DNA of 64,000 nt from NCBI GenBank assembly GCA_963828965.1, contig CAWHGL010000002.1, positions 386,714-450,713 of the forward strand, read 5' to 3'. The notes below the pieces were generated by a model. That model saw only the letters and a list, made by a program, of their open reading frames with translations, ran no database searches and was not told the origin of the DNA. Position 1 is the stretch's first letter, and the number at the start of each line of letters is the position of its first letter. Origin of the DNA: an uncultured Chloroflexia bacterium. Its GTDB lineage: Bacteria; Chloroflexota; Limnocylindria; Limnocylindrales; CSP1-4. This document shows positions 1-10,733 of this stretch, piece by piece. The translations under genes and the position numbers were made by a program.

Positions 1-30
1 GGTGGCGATGGTGGCCAGGAGGAGGTGCAT
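1..30 (-). CDS. 5' end (10 codons, MHLLLATIAT...) of an unidentified hydrophobic protein that runs off the left edge
   Basis: ATG at 30-28 on the minus strand with GGAG 8 nt upstream, directly downstream of the small ORF 68-184. Too little sequence to name. Confidence 0.25.
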   Translation of the reverse strand, partial: MHLLLATIAT

Positions 31-67
31 CGGTGGTCTCCGTGATGGACGGCGGGCCGTCGGCGGT

Positions 68-184
68 TCAGCGTCGGTGGTCGTCGGGCAGGGTGGGTCG
101 GCTGTCGACGCCCAGGCCGATGGGAGCGGCGGCGAGGGCGAGGATGCCAAGGATGAGGATCAGGGTCATGAGCAGCAGGTCCAT
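68..184 (-). CDS. small hydrophobic peptide, 38 aa (MDLLLMTLILILGILALAAAPIGLGVDSRPTLPDDHRR)
   Basis: Not in the ORF track (<60 aa). ATG 184-182 with GGAGGA 7 nt upstream and TGA at 70-68. Codons almost all end in G/C, like real genes here. One predicted TM helix plus a charged tail. Confidence 0.45.
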   Translation of the reverse strand: MDLLLMTLILILGILALAAAPIGLGVDSRPTLPDDHRR

Positions 185-238
185 CGAGTGGTCCTCCGAG
201 CGAGTTCGTTGACGTCATCATGTATCGTCTCTGGCATC

Positions 239-1691
239 ATGGATAGACCCACGGAGACGCGACGAGATAGGTCCAGCACGACCGCCCTGCTGGTCGAGAT
301 GGACGTCCGCCGCGGTCGCCAGCGACGCTCGCTGCGGGAATCGCTGCGGTCCGCCATCCAGGACGGCCGCCTGACGGCCGGCACGCGGTTGCCGGCCTCG
401 CGCGTGCTCGCCGACGACCTGGGCCTCTCGCGCGGCGTCGTGACCGACACGTACGACCAGCTCGCGCTGGAGGGCTATCTCGAGATCCGGCCACGCTCCG
501 CACCGACGGTCGCGACGGTCCGGCAGCCCGAGGCCGTCCCGCCCGAGCCGAGCGCGCCGATCTGGCGCTACGACTTCATCGCGACCACGCCGGACATCTC
601 CCTGTTCCCGCGCTCGGCCTGGCGACGCGCGGTCGAGGTCGCGCTGCGCGAGATGCCCGACGCCGCGCTCGACTACGGCGACCATCGCGGCCGGATCGAG
701 CTGCGCGAGACCCTCGCGTCGTACCTGGGGCGGGTCCGCGGCGTGCGCGTGGATCCGGGCCGGATGGTCATCACCCAGGGGTTCAGCCAGTCGCTCGACC
801 TGCTGTGCCGAACGCTCGCGGCGCGCGGGGCACGGCGGATCGCGATGGAGAGCCCGTCCCTGCCGAACCTGTGGCTGACCGTCCGCTCGTGGGGCCTCGA
901 GCTCGTCGGGGTGCCGATGGATGACGGACGGCCCGCGCCTCGACATCCTGGACCGCCTCGCCCCGGACGCGTTCGTCGTGTCACCGGCCCACCAGTACCC
1001 GAGCGGCCAGGTGATGGCGCCGGAGCGGCGATCGGCGCTCGTGGCCTGGGCGCGACGCCACGATCGCCTGATCATCGAGGACGACTACGACGCGGAGAAC
1101 CGCTACGACCGGATGCCGATCGGCGCCCTGCAGGGCCTCGACCCCGAGCACGTCATCCACGCCGGGACGGCGTCCAAGGTGCTCGCGCCCGGACTCCGGA
1201 TCGGCTGGCTGAGCCTGCCCGCCGAGCTCGTCGCTCCGCTGGTGGCGGCCAAGCACGTCGCCGATTCCGGCTCGCCTTCGATCGACCAGCTCGCGCTGGC
1301 GCAGCTCATCGGCAGCGGCGACCACGAGCGCCAGGTGGCCCGCGCCCGCCACGAGTATCGAGCGCGCCGCGACCGGCTGATCGAGGTGCTCGCCCGGGAG
1401 CTGCCCGGGCTCGAGCCGCGCGGCGTGGCGGCCGGCGTCCATCTCCTGCTGCCCCTGCCCGACCACGCCGATGACGAGGCCATCGCCGCCGCCGCCGCCG
1501 AGCAGTCCATCCGGGTCGTCGCCCTGTCGCCGTGCTACCTCGCCGACCCTGATCAGGGGACGACGCCGTCGCGCGGCCTCCTCCTCGGCTACGCCCGCCT
1601 GCCGGTCACCCGCATCGACGAGGCGGCGAGCGCCCTCGCGGCGGTCGTCCGGTCGATGACCGCGCCGTCGCCGCGCGCCCGCGCCGGCTGA
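239..1691 (+). pseudogene. MocR/PdxR-type GntR-family transcriptional regulator with a fold-type-I aminotransferase effector domain; one frame break near 925
   Basis: N-terminal wHTH (LRSAIQDGRLTAGTRLPASRVLADDLGLSRGVVTDTYDQLALEGYL) in ORF 2-1474. The aminotransferase part continues in ORF 921-1691 (PAHQYPSGQVM..., TASKVLAPGLRIGWL). The junction reads VPMDD|GPRLDIL. Confidence 0.85.
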
Positions 1692-1882
1692 CCGACCGCG
1701 GCTTGGCCGCAACCGGACCGCAACCGGCCCGTGACCGACTCGATGCCGACGCTGCCGGCGGCGCGGCCTACCCTGCGGCCATGATGGGGAAGCGTCACTC
1801 CGAAACGACCGCGATCCTCCCCGATGTCCGTCCGTCTGCCGCTCCGGGCCCCGCGCCCACCGCCCAGGAGAAGGGGTCCACC

Positions 1883-2104
1883 ATGATCCACCCGTCCGAC
1901 TCCGACCTCTCCCGGCCGCTCGCCGTGCGCGACGGTCAGGGCGCGCCGGTCACCTGCGCGGCCTGTGGCTGTCGCCTGTCGCGCAGCGGCGACGCGTGGT
2001 TCCACTTCAACCCGATCGCGGGCCGGGATGCGCGTGGCTGCCGGATCTCCTGCGCGGACGCTGCCCACGACCTGAGCGGTCGGCCGGTCTCGATCGCGGT
2101 CTGA
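1883..2104 (+). CDS. small Cys-rich hypothetical protein (73 aa)
   Basis: ATG 1883 preceded by AGGAGAAGGGG, in frame with ORF 1703-2104. Contains CAACGC...C..SC; no family recognised. The start could also be the upstream MMGK at about 1781. Confidence 0.5.
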   Translation: MIHPSDSDLSRPLAVRDGQGAPVTCAACGCRLSRSGDAWFHFNPIAGRDARGCRISCADAAHDLSGRPVSIAV

Positions 2105-2204
2105 TCCCGGCCGTGCGGGCGCCTCGGCCCGTTGGGCCGACGCTGCAGCCCGTCGTGACGGCGACGCCTCCCGCCTCGCCGACGCATCGCCCGGGAACCG
2201 GTCC

Positions 2205-2927
2205 TCAGACCGGTTCGGGCACGTCCTCCACCACGATCCGATAGCCCACGCCGCGGACCGCGACCACGTGCGGACCGCCGGCATCCTCGACCTTGGCGCG
2301 CAGGCGCGCGAGGTGAGGCTTGAGCCAGAGCAGATCGGGATCGGTCTCGGCCGGCCAGCCGGCGCGCGCCAGCTGCAGGTGCGGGACGATGTCGCCGTCG
2401 GCGCGCACGAGCGCCTCGAGCAGCCGGAACTCGGTCGGGGTCAGCGACAGGGCGGTGTCACCCACGCGCGCCTCGTGCCGTCCCGGCTCCAGGACCAGAC
2501 CGCCGGCCTCCAGGGGCCCGGCCGCAGCCCCGCTCGAGCCCGGCCGGTCCACCCGACGCATGATCGCCGCGATGCGGGCCAGCAGCTCGGCCTTGCCGAA
2601 CGGCTTGGTCAGGTAGTCGTCGGCACCCAGGCCGAGGGCGCGGACCTTGGCGGCCTCGCCGCTCTCGCCCGAGACCACGAGGATCGGCGCCTGGCCGACC
2701 GCTCGCATCTGGCCGGCCACCGAGAATCCGTCGGGACCGGGCATCGCGAGGTCGAGCAGCACGAGGTCGGGGTGCTCCTCGCGGAAGCGCTTCACGGCGG
2801 TCAGCCCGTCGTAGGCGGTGATGACCTGATGACCCTCGGTGCCGACGAGCGCGGTGATGGCCCCCACCATCGCCGGATCGTCGTCGACCACCAGGATCCT
2901 CAGGGGCCGGGTACTCATCGTGATCAT
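2205..2927 (-). CDS. OmpR/PhoB-family response regulator (receiver + winged-helix)
   Basis: RILVVDDDP...LVLLDLAMPGPDG...DDYLTKPF receiver motifs and a C-terminal winged-helix (LTPTEFRLLEAL...VRGVGYR). Lies 18 nt downstream of the kinase gene. Confidence 0.9.
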   Translation of the reverse strand: MITMSTRPLRILVVDDDPAMVGAITALVGTEGHQVITAYDGLTAVKRFREEHPDLVLLDLAMPGPDGFSVAGQMRAVGQAPILVVSGESGEAAKVRALGLGADDYLTKPFGKAELLARIAAIMRRVDRPGSSGAAAGPLEAGGLVLEPGRHEARVGDTALSLTPTEFRLLEALVRADGDIVPHLQLARAGWPAETDPDLLWLKPHLARLRAKVEDAGGPHVVAVRGVGYRIVVEDVPEPV

Positions 2928-2945
2928 GGTCCTCTCTCTCTGATG

Positions 2946-4235
2946 TCAGACGGCGACAGCCGCCGGCAGGGCGACGACGAAGCGTGCCCCGTGGGGTCGG
3001 GCGGGTTCGCACCACAGGCGCGCCCCCATCGATTCACCGAGTCGTTTGGCCGCGTACAGGCCGATGCCCGAGCCGCGCGCGGTATGGGTGTCGCGCCGGG
3101 CATAGGGTTCGAAGATCCGCTCGCGCCACTCGTCGGGGATGCCCGGGCCCTCGTCGCTCACGCCCAGCTGGACGCTGCCCTCGACGAGCGACCAGTCGAT
3201 GCTGATGGTCGTTTCCGCCGGGGCGTACTTGACCGCGTTCTCGACGAGGTGCTCCACGATCTGGCGCAGCCTCGGCGCGTCGGCCAGGGCGTGCAGCCGG
3301 GGCGCGCCGCTCACCGCGACCTGGTGGTGGCCGACGAGCGGCCGAAGCGAGTGCAGGACCTCGCTCACGAGGGCCTCGACGTCCACCGGGCTGACGCTGG
3401 CCGCGTCCTCGGGGACGACCCGGACGGAGGCCAGGATGGAGTCGACCAGTCGATCCAGGCGCTCGATCTGCTCGAGCGTCGCGCTGTGCCACGCGGCGCG
3501 CGTCTGGCGCCGCTCGATGTCGCGCGACTCGCGACCGGCCAGCTGGGGCTCCTCGGCGAGCAGGTCGGCGTAGGCCCGGACCACGGCCAGCGGCGTCCGG
3601 AGCTCGTGCGTCACGAGCGCGATGAGCTCGCTGCGCGCCTCGTCGATGGCCTTGAGCGCCTCGACCCGGGCCTCCGCCTCCGATTGCTGGCGGCCCTTCT
3701 CGACGATGCCCGCGAGCAGGTCGGCGACGGCGCTGAGCTGGGCGACGTCGGCATCGCTGAACCGGCGCGGCCGCTCGGTCTGGACGTTGAGCACGCCGAC
3801 GGTCTGGTCGTGCCACGTCAGTGGCACGCTGAGCATCGAGGCGACGAACCGGCGCTGGTCGATGCCGCGGACCCACAGGAAGCGCGGCTCGGCCTTGACG
3901 TCGGGGATGATGAGCGGATGCTGGGTCGCCGCGACGTGTCCGGTCACGCCCTCGCCGAACGGCACGCGCGCCCGCCCGATCTGGAACCGGTCGAGGCCGT
4001 TCGTCGCCGCCAGCGTCAGGTACGCTCCGTCCCGATCCAGCAAGTAGAGCGAGGAGACATCGGCATGGAGCGCATCGCGCGTCCCGTCGACCGCCGTCTC
4101 CAGCAGCTCGTCCCAGGTGCGGGCGGTCGTCGCGAGCCGCGCGACCTCGTGGAGGAAGCGCAGCTGGGCCAGCTGGTCGGAGCCGGGCAGCGTCTCGATC
4201 GGGTCCTCCGTCCTGGGGGCCATCGTCATCACCAT
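2946..4235 (-). CDS. GAF-domain sensor histidine kinase (GAF + HisKA + HATPase_c), apparently cytoplasmic
   Basis: GAF-like N-terminal half, H-box LIALVTHELRTPL, and G-boxes VSDEGPGIP and GSGIGLY. Start uncertain: ATG at 4235 or the ORF start at 4319. Confidence 0.85.
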   Translation of the reverse strand: MVMTMAPRTEDPIETLPGSDQLAQLRFLHEVARLATTARTWDELLETAVDGTRDALHADVSSLYLLDRDGAYLTLAATNGLDRFQIGRARVPFGEGVTGHVAATQHPLIIPDVKAEPRFLWVRGIDQRRFVASMLSVPLTWHDQTVGVLNVQTERPRRFSDADVAQLSAVADLLAGIVEKGRQQSEAEARVEALKAIDEARSELIALVTHELRTPLAVVRAYADLLAEEPQLAGRESRDIERRQTRAAWHSATLEQIERLDRLVDSILASVRVVPEDAASVSPVDVEALVSEVLHSLRPLVGHHQVAVSGAPRLHALADAPRLRQIVEHLVENAVKYAPAETTISIDWSLVEGSVQLGVSDEGPGIPDEWRERIFEPYARRDTHTARGSGIGLYAAKRLGESMGARLWCEPARPHGARFVVALPAAVAV

Positions 4236-4330
4236 ACAAGGGTAGGAAAGGTTGCGGTCGCCGAAGGTTGCGGCGGTGTCCTGCGTAGGTTGCGGCTGGG
4301 CGGGAGCCGCGACACCCATTCGGTGGCCGG

Positions 4331-7101
4331 ATGAGGGCCGGGGCCGTCCCGCCCAGACGCGCGGAGCCGGCGGGCATCGGTTCGGCCGGCGCCCGTGACC
4401 CGCTGGCGCGCGAGGTCCGGCTGCTCGGCGCCCTCCTCGGGCAGGTGATCATCGAGCAGGCAGGGCAGGACACCTACGAGGCCGTGGAGCGCATCCGGCG
4501 GCGCGCCATCGCCCTGCGCCGGAGCGAGGACCCTGACGACCGGGAGCGGCAGGCGGCCGACCTCGACGGCCTCGACCTGGCCGCTACGGAGGCGGTCGTC
4601 ACCGCCTTCTCGATCTACTTCCAGCTGGTCAACCTGGCGGAGGCGCGCGGTCGCATCCGCGCCCTCCGACGCCGCGAGCGGACCGCCCGCGACGGGCTCC
4701 TCGACGACTCCGTGGCCGAGGCCGTGGTCCAGCTCCGCCGGGCCGGCCACGACGAGGCGGAGCTCGACGCGATGCTGGCCGGGCTGCGCATCAGCCCCGT
4801 CCTGACCGCCCATCCGACCGAGGCCCGCCGGCGGACCGCCCTCGTCGCCCTGCGCCGCTGCGCGGATCCTGCTCGCGCGGCTCGACGACCCGCGGCTCAC
4901 GCCGTCCGAGGACCGCGACATCCGGCGTCGCCTGCGCGAGGAGATCACGCTCCTGTGGCGGACGTCCGACCTGCGCATGATCGCGCCCGAGCCGCTCGAC
5001 GAGGTCCGCACGGCCATGGCCGTGTTCGACGCGACGCTGTTCACGACCGTGCCGCAGCTGTACCGGGCGACGGACGCCGCGCTCGACGCGCCGCGCGGCC
5101 GGGCGGTCCGCACCGGCGAGCGACCGCCACGGGTCCCGGCATTCATCCGGTACGGGTCGTGGATCGGCGGCGACCGCGACGGCAACCCGTTCGTGACCGC
5201 CGAGACGACGCGAGCGGACCGTGCGCATCCACGCCGACCACGTCCTCCACGGCTACGAGGCGGTCGCGCTCCGGCTCATGCAGACCGTGTCCGTGGCGTC
5301 GTCGAGCGCGGACGTGCCGCGAGCGCTCGCGAGCCGCCTCGGTCGGGACGCCGAGGACCTGCCCGAGACCGAGCGCCAGCTGCGCCGGCGCTTCCCGGAC
5401 GAGCCGTACCGCCAGCGCTTCGGGTTCATCGCGGAGCGCCTGCGCCGGACGCGCGTGGCCCTGACCGACGACACCGGGCCGCGCAGCGGGCACTACGACA
5501 CCGCGGACCAGCTCGACGCGGAGCTGCGCGAGATCCAGGCGGCGCTCATCGAGGAGGGCCTCGGGCGGGTGGCCTGGGGCGAGGTCGCCGAGCTGCGCTG
5601 GCAGGTCGCGACGTTCGGGTTCCACCTCGCCTCGCTCGAGATCCGCCAGCACAGCGAGGTCCACCGGCGAGCCCTGGCCGCGCTGGCCGACGGTGCCGAC
5701 CACTCGACCGAGGTCTCGCCCGACGTGACCCTCGGCGAGGTCCTCGCGACGTTCCGTTCCATCGCCACGATCCAGGCGCGCTACGGCGTCGAGGCGTGCC
5801 GTCGCTACGTCGTCTCGTTCACGGCCGATGCGGGCGACGCGCTCGACGTCCTGCGCCTGGCACGCCTCGCCGTCGGACCCGACCACGATCCGCCCGTCCT
5901 CGACGTCGTGCCGCTCTTCGAGTCGACCGACGCGCTCACCGCCGCCGGCCCGATCCTCGAAGCGCTGCTCGACGACCACGGCTACGCCGAGCATCTCGCC
6001 GAGCGCGGCGGCCGCCAGGAGGTGATGCTCGGCTACTCGGACTCGAACAAGGAATTGGGGTTCCTCTCGGCCGCATGGATGCTCCACCGCGCACAGGCCA
6101 CGCTGATGGCCGTGGCGGCCGAGCGGGGCGTCGAGCTGACGCTGTTCCACGGCCGCGGCGGGGCCATCGGGCGCGGCGGCGGGCCGGCCAACCGGGCGAT
6201 CCTGGGCAGCGCTCCGGGCTCGGTCGCCGGGCGGCTCAAGCTCACGGAGCAGGGCGAGGTCATCGCGGCCAACTACGCCGATCCGGCCATCGCCCGTCGG
6301 CACCTCGAGCAGCTGACCGGGGCGACGCTCGTCGCGTCGACCGCCGAGCACGATGCCGCCGCGGAGGCCGCCCTGCGCGATGGTGGACCGCTGCTCGCGG
6401 AGCTCGCCTCGACCGCCCGGGCCGCGTATCGCGCGCTCGTCCACGACGACCCGGGGTTCGCGGCCTTCTTCCGCGACATCACGCCGATCGCGGAGCTGTC
6501 CGGGATCCGCCTCGGCTCGCGCCCGAGCGCCCGCGGCCGGCGCACCGACGAAGCGCCGCCGATCGATGCGTTGCGCGCCATCCCGTGGACCTTCGCCTGG
6601 TCGCAGTCCCGCATCGGCCTGCCCGGCTGGTACGGCCTGGGCACGGCGCTCGAGGCGTATCGGACCGCGCACGGCGACGCCGGGATCGCCGAGATCGGAC
6701 GGCTGTATCGGGCCTGGCCGTTCCTCTCGTCGGTGCTCGACAACGCCGAGATGATCCTGGCCAAGGCGGACATGGGCGTCGCCCGCCGATACGCCACGCT
6801 CGTCGCGGATGCGGGCGGCGCCGGCCATCGACGCTGGGAGGCCATCGAGGCCGAGTACCACCGGACCGTGTCGCTGCTGCTCACGGTCACCGGTCGCGAC
6901 CGACTGCTGGACGGCGCGCCCGTGCTGCAGCGCTCGATCGGCCTGCGCAATCCCTACGTCGACTCGCTGTCCGAGCTCCAGGTCCGGCTCCTCGCCCGAC
7001 TCCGCGCGATGGCTCCCGACGATCCCGAGCGCGGCCGCGTCCTGCGCCTGGTCCAGCTGACGGTCAACGGGGTCGCGGCCGGGCTCCAGAACACCGGCTA
7101 G
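4331..7101 (+). pseudogene. ppc: phosphoenolpyruvate carboxylase; two frame breaks (approx 4862 and 5217)
   Basis: Ppc hallmarks are spread over three frames: VLTAHPTEARRRT (ORF 4331-), FIRYGSWIGGDRDGNPFVT (ORF 4977-), GYSDSNKE, FHGRGGAIGRGGGP and the C-terminal LQNTG (ORF 5221-7101). Confidence 0.92.
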
Positions 7102-7115
7102 GACGGCGGGCGGGC

Positions 7116-7709
7116 ATGGACCACGCCGACCACGTCGGGCTGATCCGGGCGGGCGTCCTCGACGCGCCGCCGTCGAGCGAGCGATCGCCGGTGTGGGCGG
7201 ACATCGGCGCCGGAAGCGGGGCCTTCACCCTCGCCCTGGCCGACCTGCTCGGGCCGGGAGCGACGGTCGTCGCCGTGGATCGCGATGCGGGCGCGCTGCG
7301 GACGAATGCCGCGGCGGTCGCCAAGCGGTTCCCGGCCACGGACCTCCGGACGCTCGTCGCGGACCTCGAGGGACCGCTGGACCTGCCGCCGCTCGACGGT
7401 CTCGTCGCGGCCAACAGCCTGCACTTCGTGCCGCGCGACCGGCAGGTGACCGCCGTCCGTCGCCTGGCGGCGTCGCTCGCGGCCGACGGGCGCTTCGTGG
7501 TCGTCGAGTACGACGCGGACCGCGGCAATCCGTGGGTGCCCCACCCGTTCTCGGCCGCGACGTGGGCGACCCTGGCGGTCGCCGCGGGCCTCGCGCCACC
7601 GACGGTCATCGGCCGGGTGCCGAGCCGTTTCCTTGGGGCGATCTACGCGGCGGTCAGCCGGCCGGCGAGCACCGTGGCGAGCCGCTCGATGTCCTCCGGC
7701 TCTACGTAG
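7116..7709 (+). CDS. class I SAM-dependent methyltransferase
   Basis: ATG 7116 within the tail of ORF 4977-7709. Motif I is [14 protein letters not shown], followed by VVAVDRD. The 3' end overlaps the convergent aminotransferase by about 65 nt. Confidence 0.75.
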   Translation: MDHADHVGLIRAGVLDAPPSSERSPVWADIGAGSGAFTLALADLLGPGATVVAVDRDAGALRTNAAAVAKRFPATDLRTLVADLEGPLDLPPLDGLVAANSLHFVPRDRQVTAVRRLAASLAADGRFVVVEYDADRGNPWVPHPFSAATWATLAVAAGLAPPTVIGRVPSRFLGAIYAAVSRPASTVASRSMSSGST

Positions 7710-8845
7710 CGCTGGACCGACACGCGGACGAGGACGGCCCTCGGCGGATCGTCCGGGTGGACACGGCCGCCACGCACGGGCCACGTCGGGATCGGGACCT
7801 CGATCCGTTCGCGGTCGATCAGGTCGTCGTGGAGGGCGACGGCCTCGGCATCGGTGTGCAGGCCCGGGATGGGCAGGGATGCCATCGAGCCGAGCATCGC
7901 ATCCGGTGCCGGCGCCGGGATGCCGAGGCGCATTCGCGAGCCGGTCGCGGGCCGCGATGGCGCCGGCGTGGTTCGCGGCCATGATCGCCGGCCACCCACC
8001 GTCCACCTGGCCGGCCATCCAGTCGATCGCGGCCGGCAGGCTGAGGGCCGCGGTCGGGTCGCCGGTCCCGGTCCAGTCGAACTCGAGCCGGAAGCGCGAT
8101 CGGTCCGTCCGCGGGTCGTTGGCGCCGTGGGAGATGACCGTCGGCCGGACGCCCGCGCGGCGGTCGGCGCGGACCCACAGGAAGGCCGATCCCTTCGGCC
8201 CGCACAGCCACTTGTGGCCGTTGCCCGTGTAGTACGCGGCCCCGAGATCGTCCAGGGCGAGCGGCACCATGCCCGGCGCGTGGGCGCCGTCGACGAGCGT
8301 GTCGATGCCGCGGTCGTCGAGTGCCCGGACAAGCCGGTCGATCGGGAGCACGAGCGCCGTCGGGCTGGTCACGTGGCTGACCACGGCCAGCCGCGTCCGC
8401 GGGGTGACCGCCCCGAGCATCGCGTCCATCACGGCGTCCGGTCCGTCGACCGGGAACGGGACGCGGGCCACGACGACCCGCGCCCCGTCGCGGGCGGCTA
8501 CCGCCTGGAGCGTGGTCAGGATCGCGTTGTACTCGTGGTCGTTGGTCAGCAGCTCGTCGCCCGGCTCGAAGCGCAGCGGCCTGGAGCACGGCATTCGCGC
8601 CGGTCGTGGCGTTGGGCACGAACGCGAGCCCGGCCGGATCGGCGCCGAGGAACGCCGCGACGTGCTCGCGGGCCGCGTCGAGGCGACCCGGCAGCTCACG
8701 GTCCAGGAACGTCACGGGCTGGCGCTCCAGCCGGTCGCGCAGCTCGCGCTGGACGGCGAGGACCGGCTCCGGGCAGGCCCCGAACGGAGCCGTGGTTCAG
8801 ATACGTGACGGCCGGATCGAGCGTCCAGCCGAGGTCCGTGCGCAT
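7643..8845 (-). pseudogene. class V PLP aminotransferase (isopenicillin-N-epimerase / cysteine-desulfurase-like); three frame breaks (approx 8775, 8590, 7938)
   Basis: Pieces in four frames: MRTDLGWTLDPAVTYLNHGS; [10 protein letters not shown]...[14 protein letters not shown]; [16 protein letters not shown]...[18 protein letters not shown] (PLP Lys); [16 protein letters not shown]...[16 protein letters not shown]. Confidence 0.8.
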
Positions 8846-8852
8846 GGTCGCC

Positions 8853-9581
8853 TCAGCCCCCGGTCCCGGGGATCGTGTCGCCGTCGCGCAGGACGAGCGC
8901 GGCCGACGGGTCGCGCGCGCCGGGGGCCAGCCAGCGGACCTCGCCTTCGCCCACGACTCGCCAGGCCGCGTCGTCCGCGATGAGCACGCCGGTGCGCTCG
9001 CCCAGGCCGAGCACGCCGATCGCGTAGGGCGCGTCGCCGCCGAAGCGCAGGAGGTTGGAAGCCCACGATCGTTCGTCCGCGTGGGGCACGACGGCGATCC
9101 CCGGTACGAGTCCCAGGCCGGCCACCAGCGCGGCCGGTGTCCAGGTGATGCTGCCGAGCGCCATCGCACCGGCGCTCGCCCCGGCGAGGACGGCGCCGCC
9201 CGCGAGGGCCTGCTCGATCGCGGCCCAGGCCGCCGTCCCCGGATAGAGGGCCGGGATGATGTCGGGGTCGCCGCCGGGAAGGTGGATGAGGTCCGCCGCC
9301 TCGAGGCGCCCTGCCAGCCCCGCATCCGCGGCGGACGCCGCGTCGACGACCGGGACCGGCTCCACCGCGATGGCGAGGCCGAGGCGCGCGGCGACCCGGC
9401 TGATCGCGGCGACGCCATTGGCAGCCGCCAGGTCCGGCCGTCCGCGAGCGGCGGCAGTCGGGACCACGACGACATGGAGCGGACCATCGCGATGTCTCGC
9501 CGCTCCGAGGATGGCCTCCAGGAAGCGCTCGTCGCCGGGCTCGAACTCACCACCGCCATGAAGGGCGATCGTGCCCGTCAC
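8853..9581 (-). CDS. peptidase S51 family protein (cyanophycinase / dipeptidase E-like)
   Basis: IALHGGGEF, LIHLPGGDP and the nucleophile motif GASAGAMALG. GTG start at 9581 overlaps the upstream stop (GTGA). Confidence 0.7.
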   Translation of the reverse strand: MTGTIALHGGGEFEPGDERFLEAILGAARHRDGPLHVVVVPTAAARGRPDLAAANGVAAISRVAARLGLAIAVEPVPVVDAASAADAGLAGRLEAADLIHLPGGDPDIIPALYPGTAAWAAIEQALAGGAVLAGASAGAMALGSITWTPAALVAGLGLVPGIAVVPHADERSWASNLLRFGGDAPYAIGVLGLGERTGVLIADDAAWRVVGEGEVRWLAPGARDPSAALVLRDGDTIPGTGG

Positions 9582-9928
9582 GACGGGCCGCTCCCGTCGT
9601 CGCCGTCGATGCGCTGGCGCTCCTCGGGTGGCGTCACGTCCTTGATCGGAGGCTGACCGGGGCGTGGGCGGCGTTCGCGTCGGACGACCCGCCGGACCTG
9701 CTCGGGCGCGCCCAGGAACGGCGCGAGATAGGCGATGAGCAGGAACGGCAGCAGAAGACGGATCCCGATCGGGCGGATGGCCATCGCCATCCCGAGCAGC
9801 CACAGGCCGAGCGCATACAGCCCGATCGTCCGCCGCGAGAAGCCGCCCAACTGGAGCCGCCGGGCGGGGATCAAGACGAGCAGCGCGACGACCAGCCCAA
9901 GGCCGAGCAGCCAGGGCGTCGGGAGCAT
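9578..9928 (-). CDS. small membrane protein (3 predicted TM, Arg/Pro-rich tail), function unknown
   Basis: ORF 9578-9928. Hydrophobic N-terminal 75 aa. Sits 5 nt after the DrrB-like stop and overlaps the S51 start. Confidence 0.6.
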   Translation of the reverse strand: MLPTPWLLGLGLVVALLVLIPARRLQLGGFSRRTIGLYALGLWLLGMAMAIRPIGIRLLLPFLLIAYLAPFLGAPEQVRRVVRRERRPRPGQPPIKDVTPPEERQRIDGDDGSGPS

Positions 9929-9932
9929 CCGG

Positions 9933-10733
9933 TCACCGGCTCATGTTGCGATAGCGTCGGACACCGAGGGGCGCGAAGATCGCCACGATCACGACGACCC
10001 ACACCAGCGTCACGAGCAGCGGGTTCTGCGACGGGAAGCTGTCGGTCGCGTACGGGTTGGGGTTGCCCCACAGGTTGCGCAGGGCGCCGGTCAGCGTGCT
10101 CGTCGGGTTCCATTCGGCGACCGGCTGGAGCCACGTCGGCAGGGTCTCGATGGGCACGAACACGTTGGAGATGAACGTGATCGGGAACAGGACCGTGAAG
10201 ATCGCCTGCTGGGCGACCTCGACGGACGGCACCGAGAGCCCGAGGAAGATCCCGAGCCACGACATCGCGAACGCGAAGAGCAGCAGGAGGAGGAAGCCTT
10301 CGATCAGGGCGGCGAAGCCGGTGTTGACGGTCCAGCCCACGACCAGGCCCGAGAGCATCAGCACGATGACGATCCCGCCGTTGTAGACGACGTCGGCGAA
10401 CGATCGACCGGACAGGACGCCCGAGCGCGACATCGGCAGCGAGCGGAAGCGGTCGATGATGCCCTTCCCGACGTCGTCGGCCATCCCGATCGCCGTCGTC
10501 CCGGCGGCGAACACGATGGTCTGGGCGAAGATGCCCGGCATCAGGTACTCGCGGTAGAACTTGGGATCGGGCGGATAGCCGGGCAGCGGGATGGCGCCAC
10601 CGAAGACGACCGCGAAGAGCGTCACGAACATGATCGACTGGAGGATCGCGAAGATCGCGAGCTCCGGGATGCGCGGGATGCGCTTGAGGTTGCGCCAGCT
10701 GACGACGAGCCCGTCGCGGAAGGCCGTGGTCAT
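9933..10733 (-). CDS. ABC-2 type exporter permease (DrrB-like)
   Basis: ATG 10733 overlaps the ATPase stop (ATGA). Six TM segments; typical ABC-2 sequence (RNLKRIPRIPELAIFAILQSIMF..., IDRFRSLPMSR). Confidence 0.85.
   Translation of the reverse strand: MTTAFRDGLVVSWRNLKRIPRIPELAIFAILQSIMFVTLFAVVFGGAIPLPGYPPDPKFYREYLMPGIFAQTIVFAAGTTAIGMADDVGKGIIDRFRSLPMSRSGVLSGRSFADVVYNGGIVIVLMLSGLVVGWTVNTGFAALIEGFLLLLLFAFAMSWLGIFLGLSVPSVEVAQQAIFTVLFPITFISNVFVPIETLPTWLQPVAEWNPTSTLTGALRNLWGNPNPYATDSFPSQNPLLVTLVWVVVIVAIFAPLGVRRYRNMSR

Noticed and set aside
68-184. Small peptide as KdpF, with the following gene as KdpA.
   Set aside because: There is no sequence resemblance to KdpF peptides I remember. The nearby two-component system is a GAF kinase rather than KdpD, and only 10 codons of the next gene are visible.
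2268-4334. 688-aa ORF on the plus strand opposite the response regulator and GAF kinase. Similar long antisense ORFs occur at 5143-6861(-), 9735-11669(+), 11704-13428(-), 23332-25650(+), 38969-41002(-), 43074-44264(-), 46966-48984(-) and 62489-63952(+).
   Set aside because: These are shadow ORFs, typical of about 70 percent GC DNA. Their translations are Arg/Gly/Pro/Asp-rich low-complexity sequence without motifs. The opposite strand carries clearly recognisable genes with the proper G/C-ending codon bias.
4977-7709. 910-aa ORF that looks like a giant protein.
   Set aside because: It is a chimera. It has a short genuine ppc segment (4977-5220), then an out-of-frame read through the rest of ppc, and finally the real methyltransferase (7116-7709).
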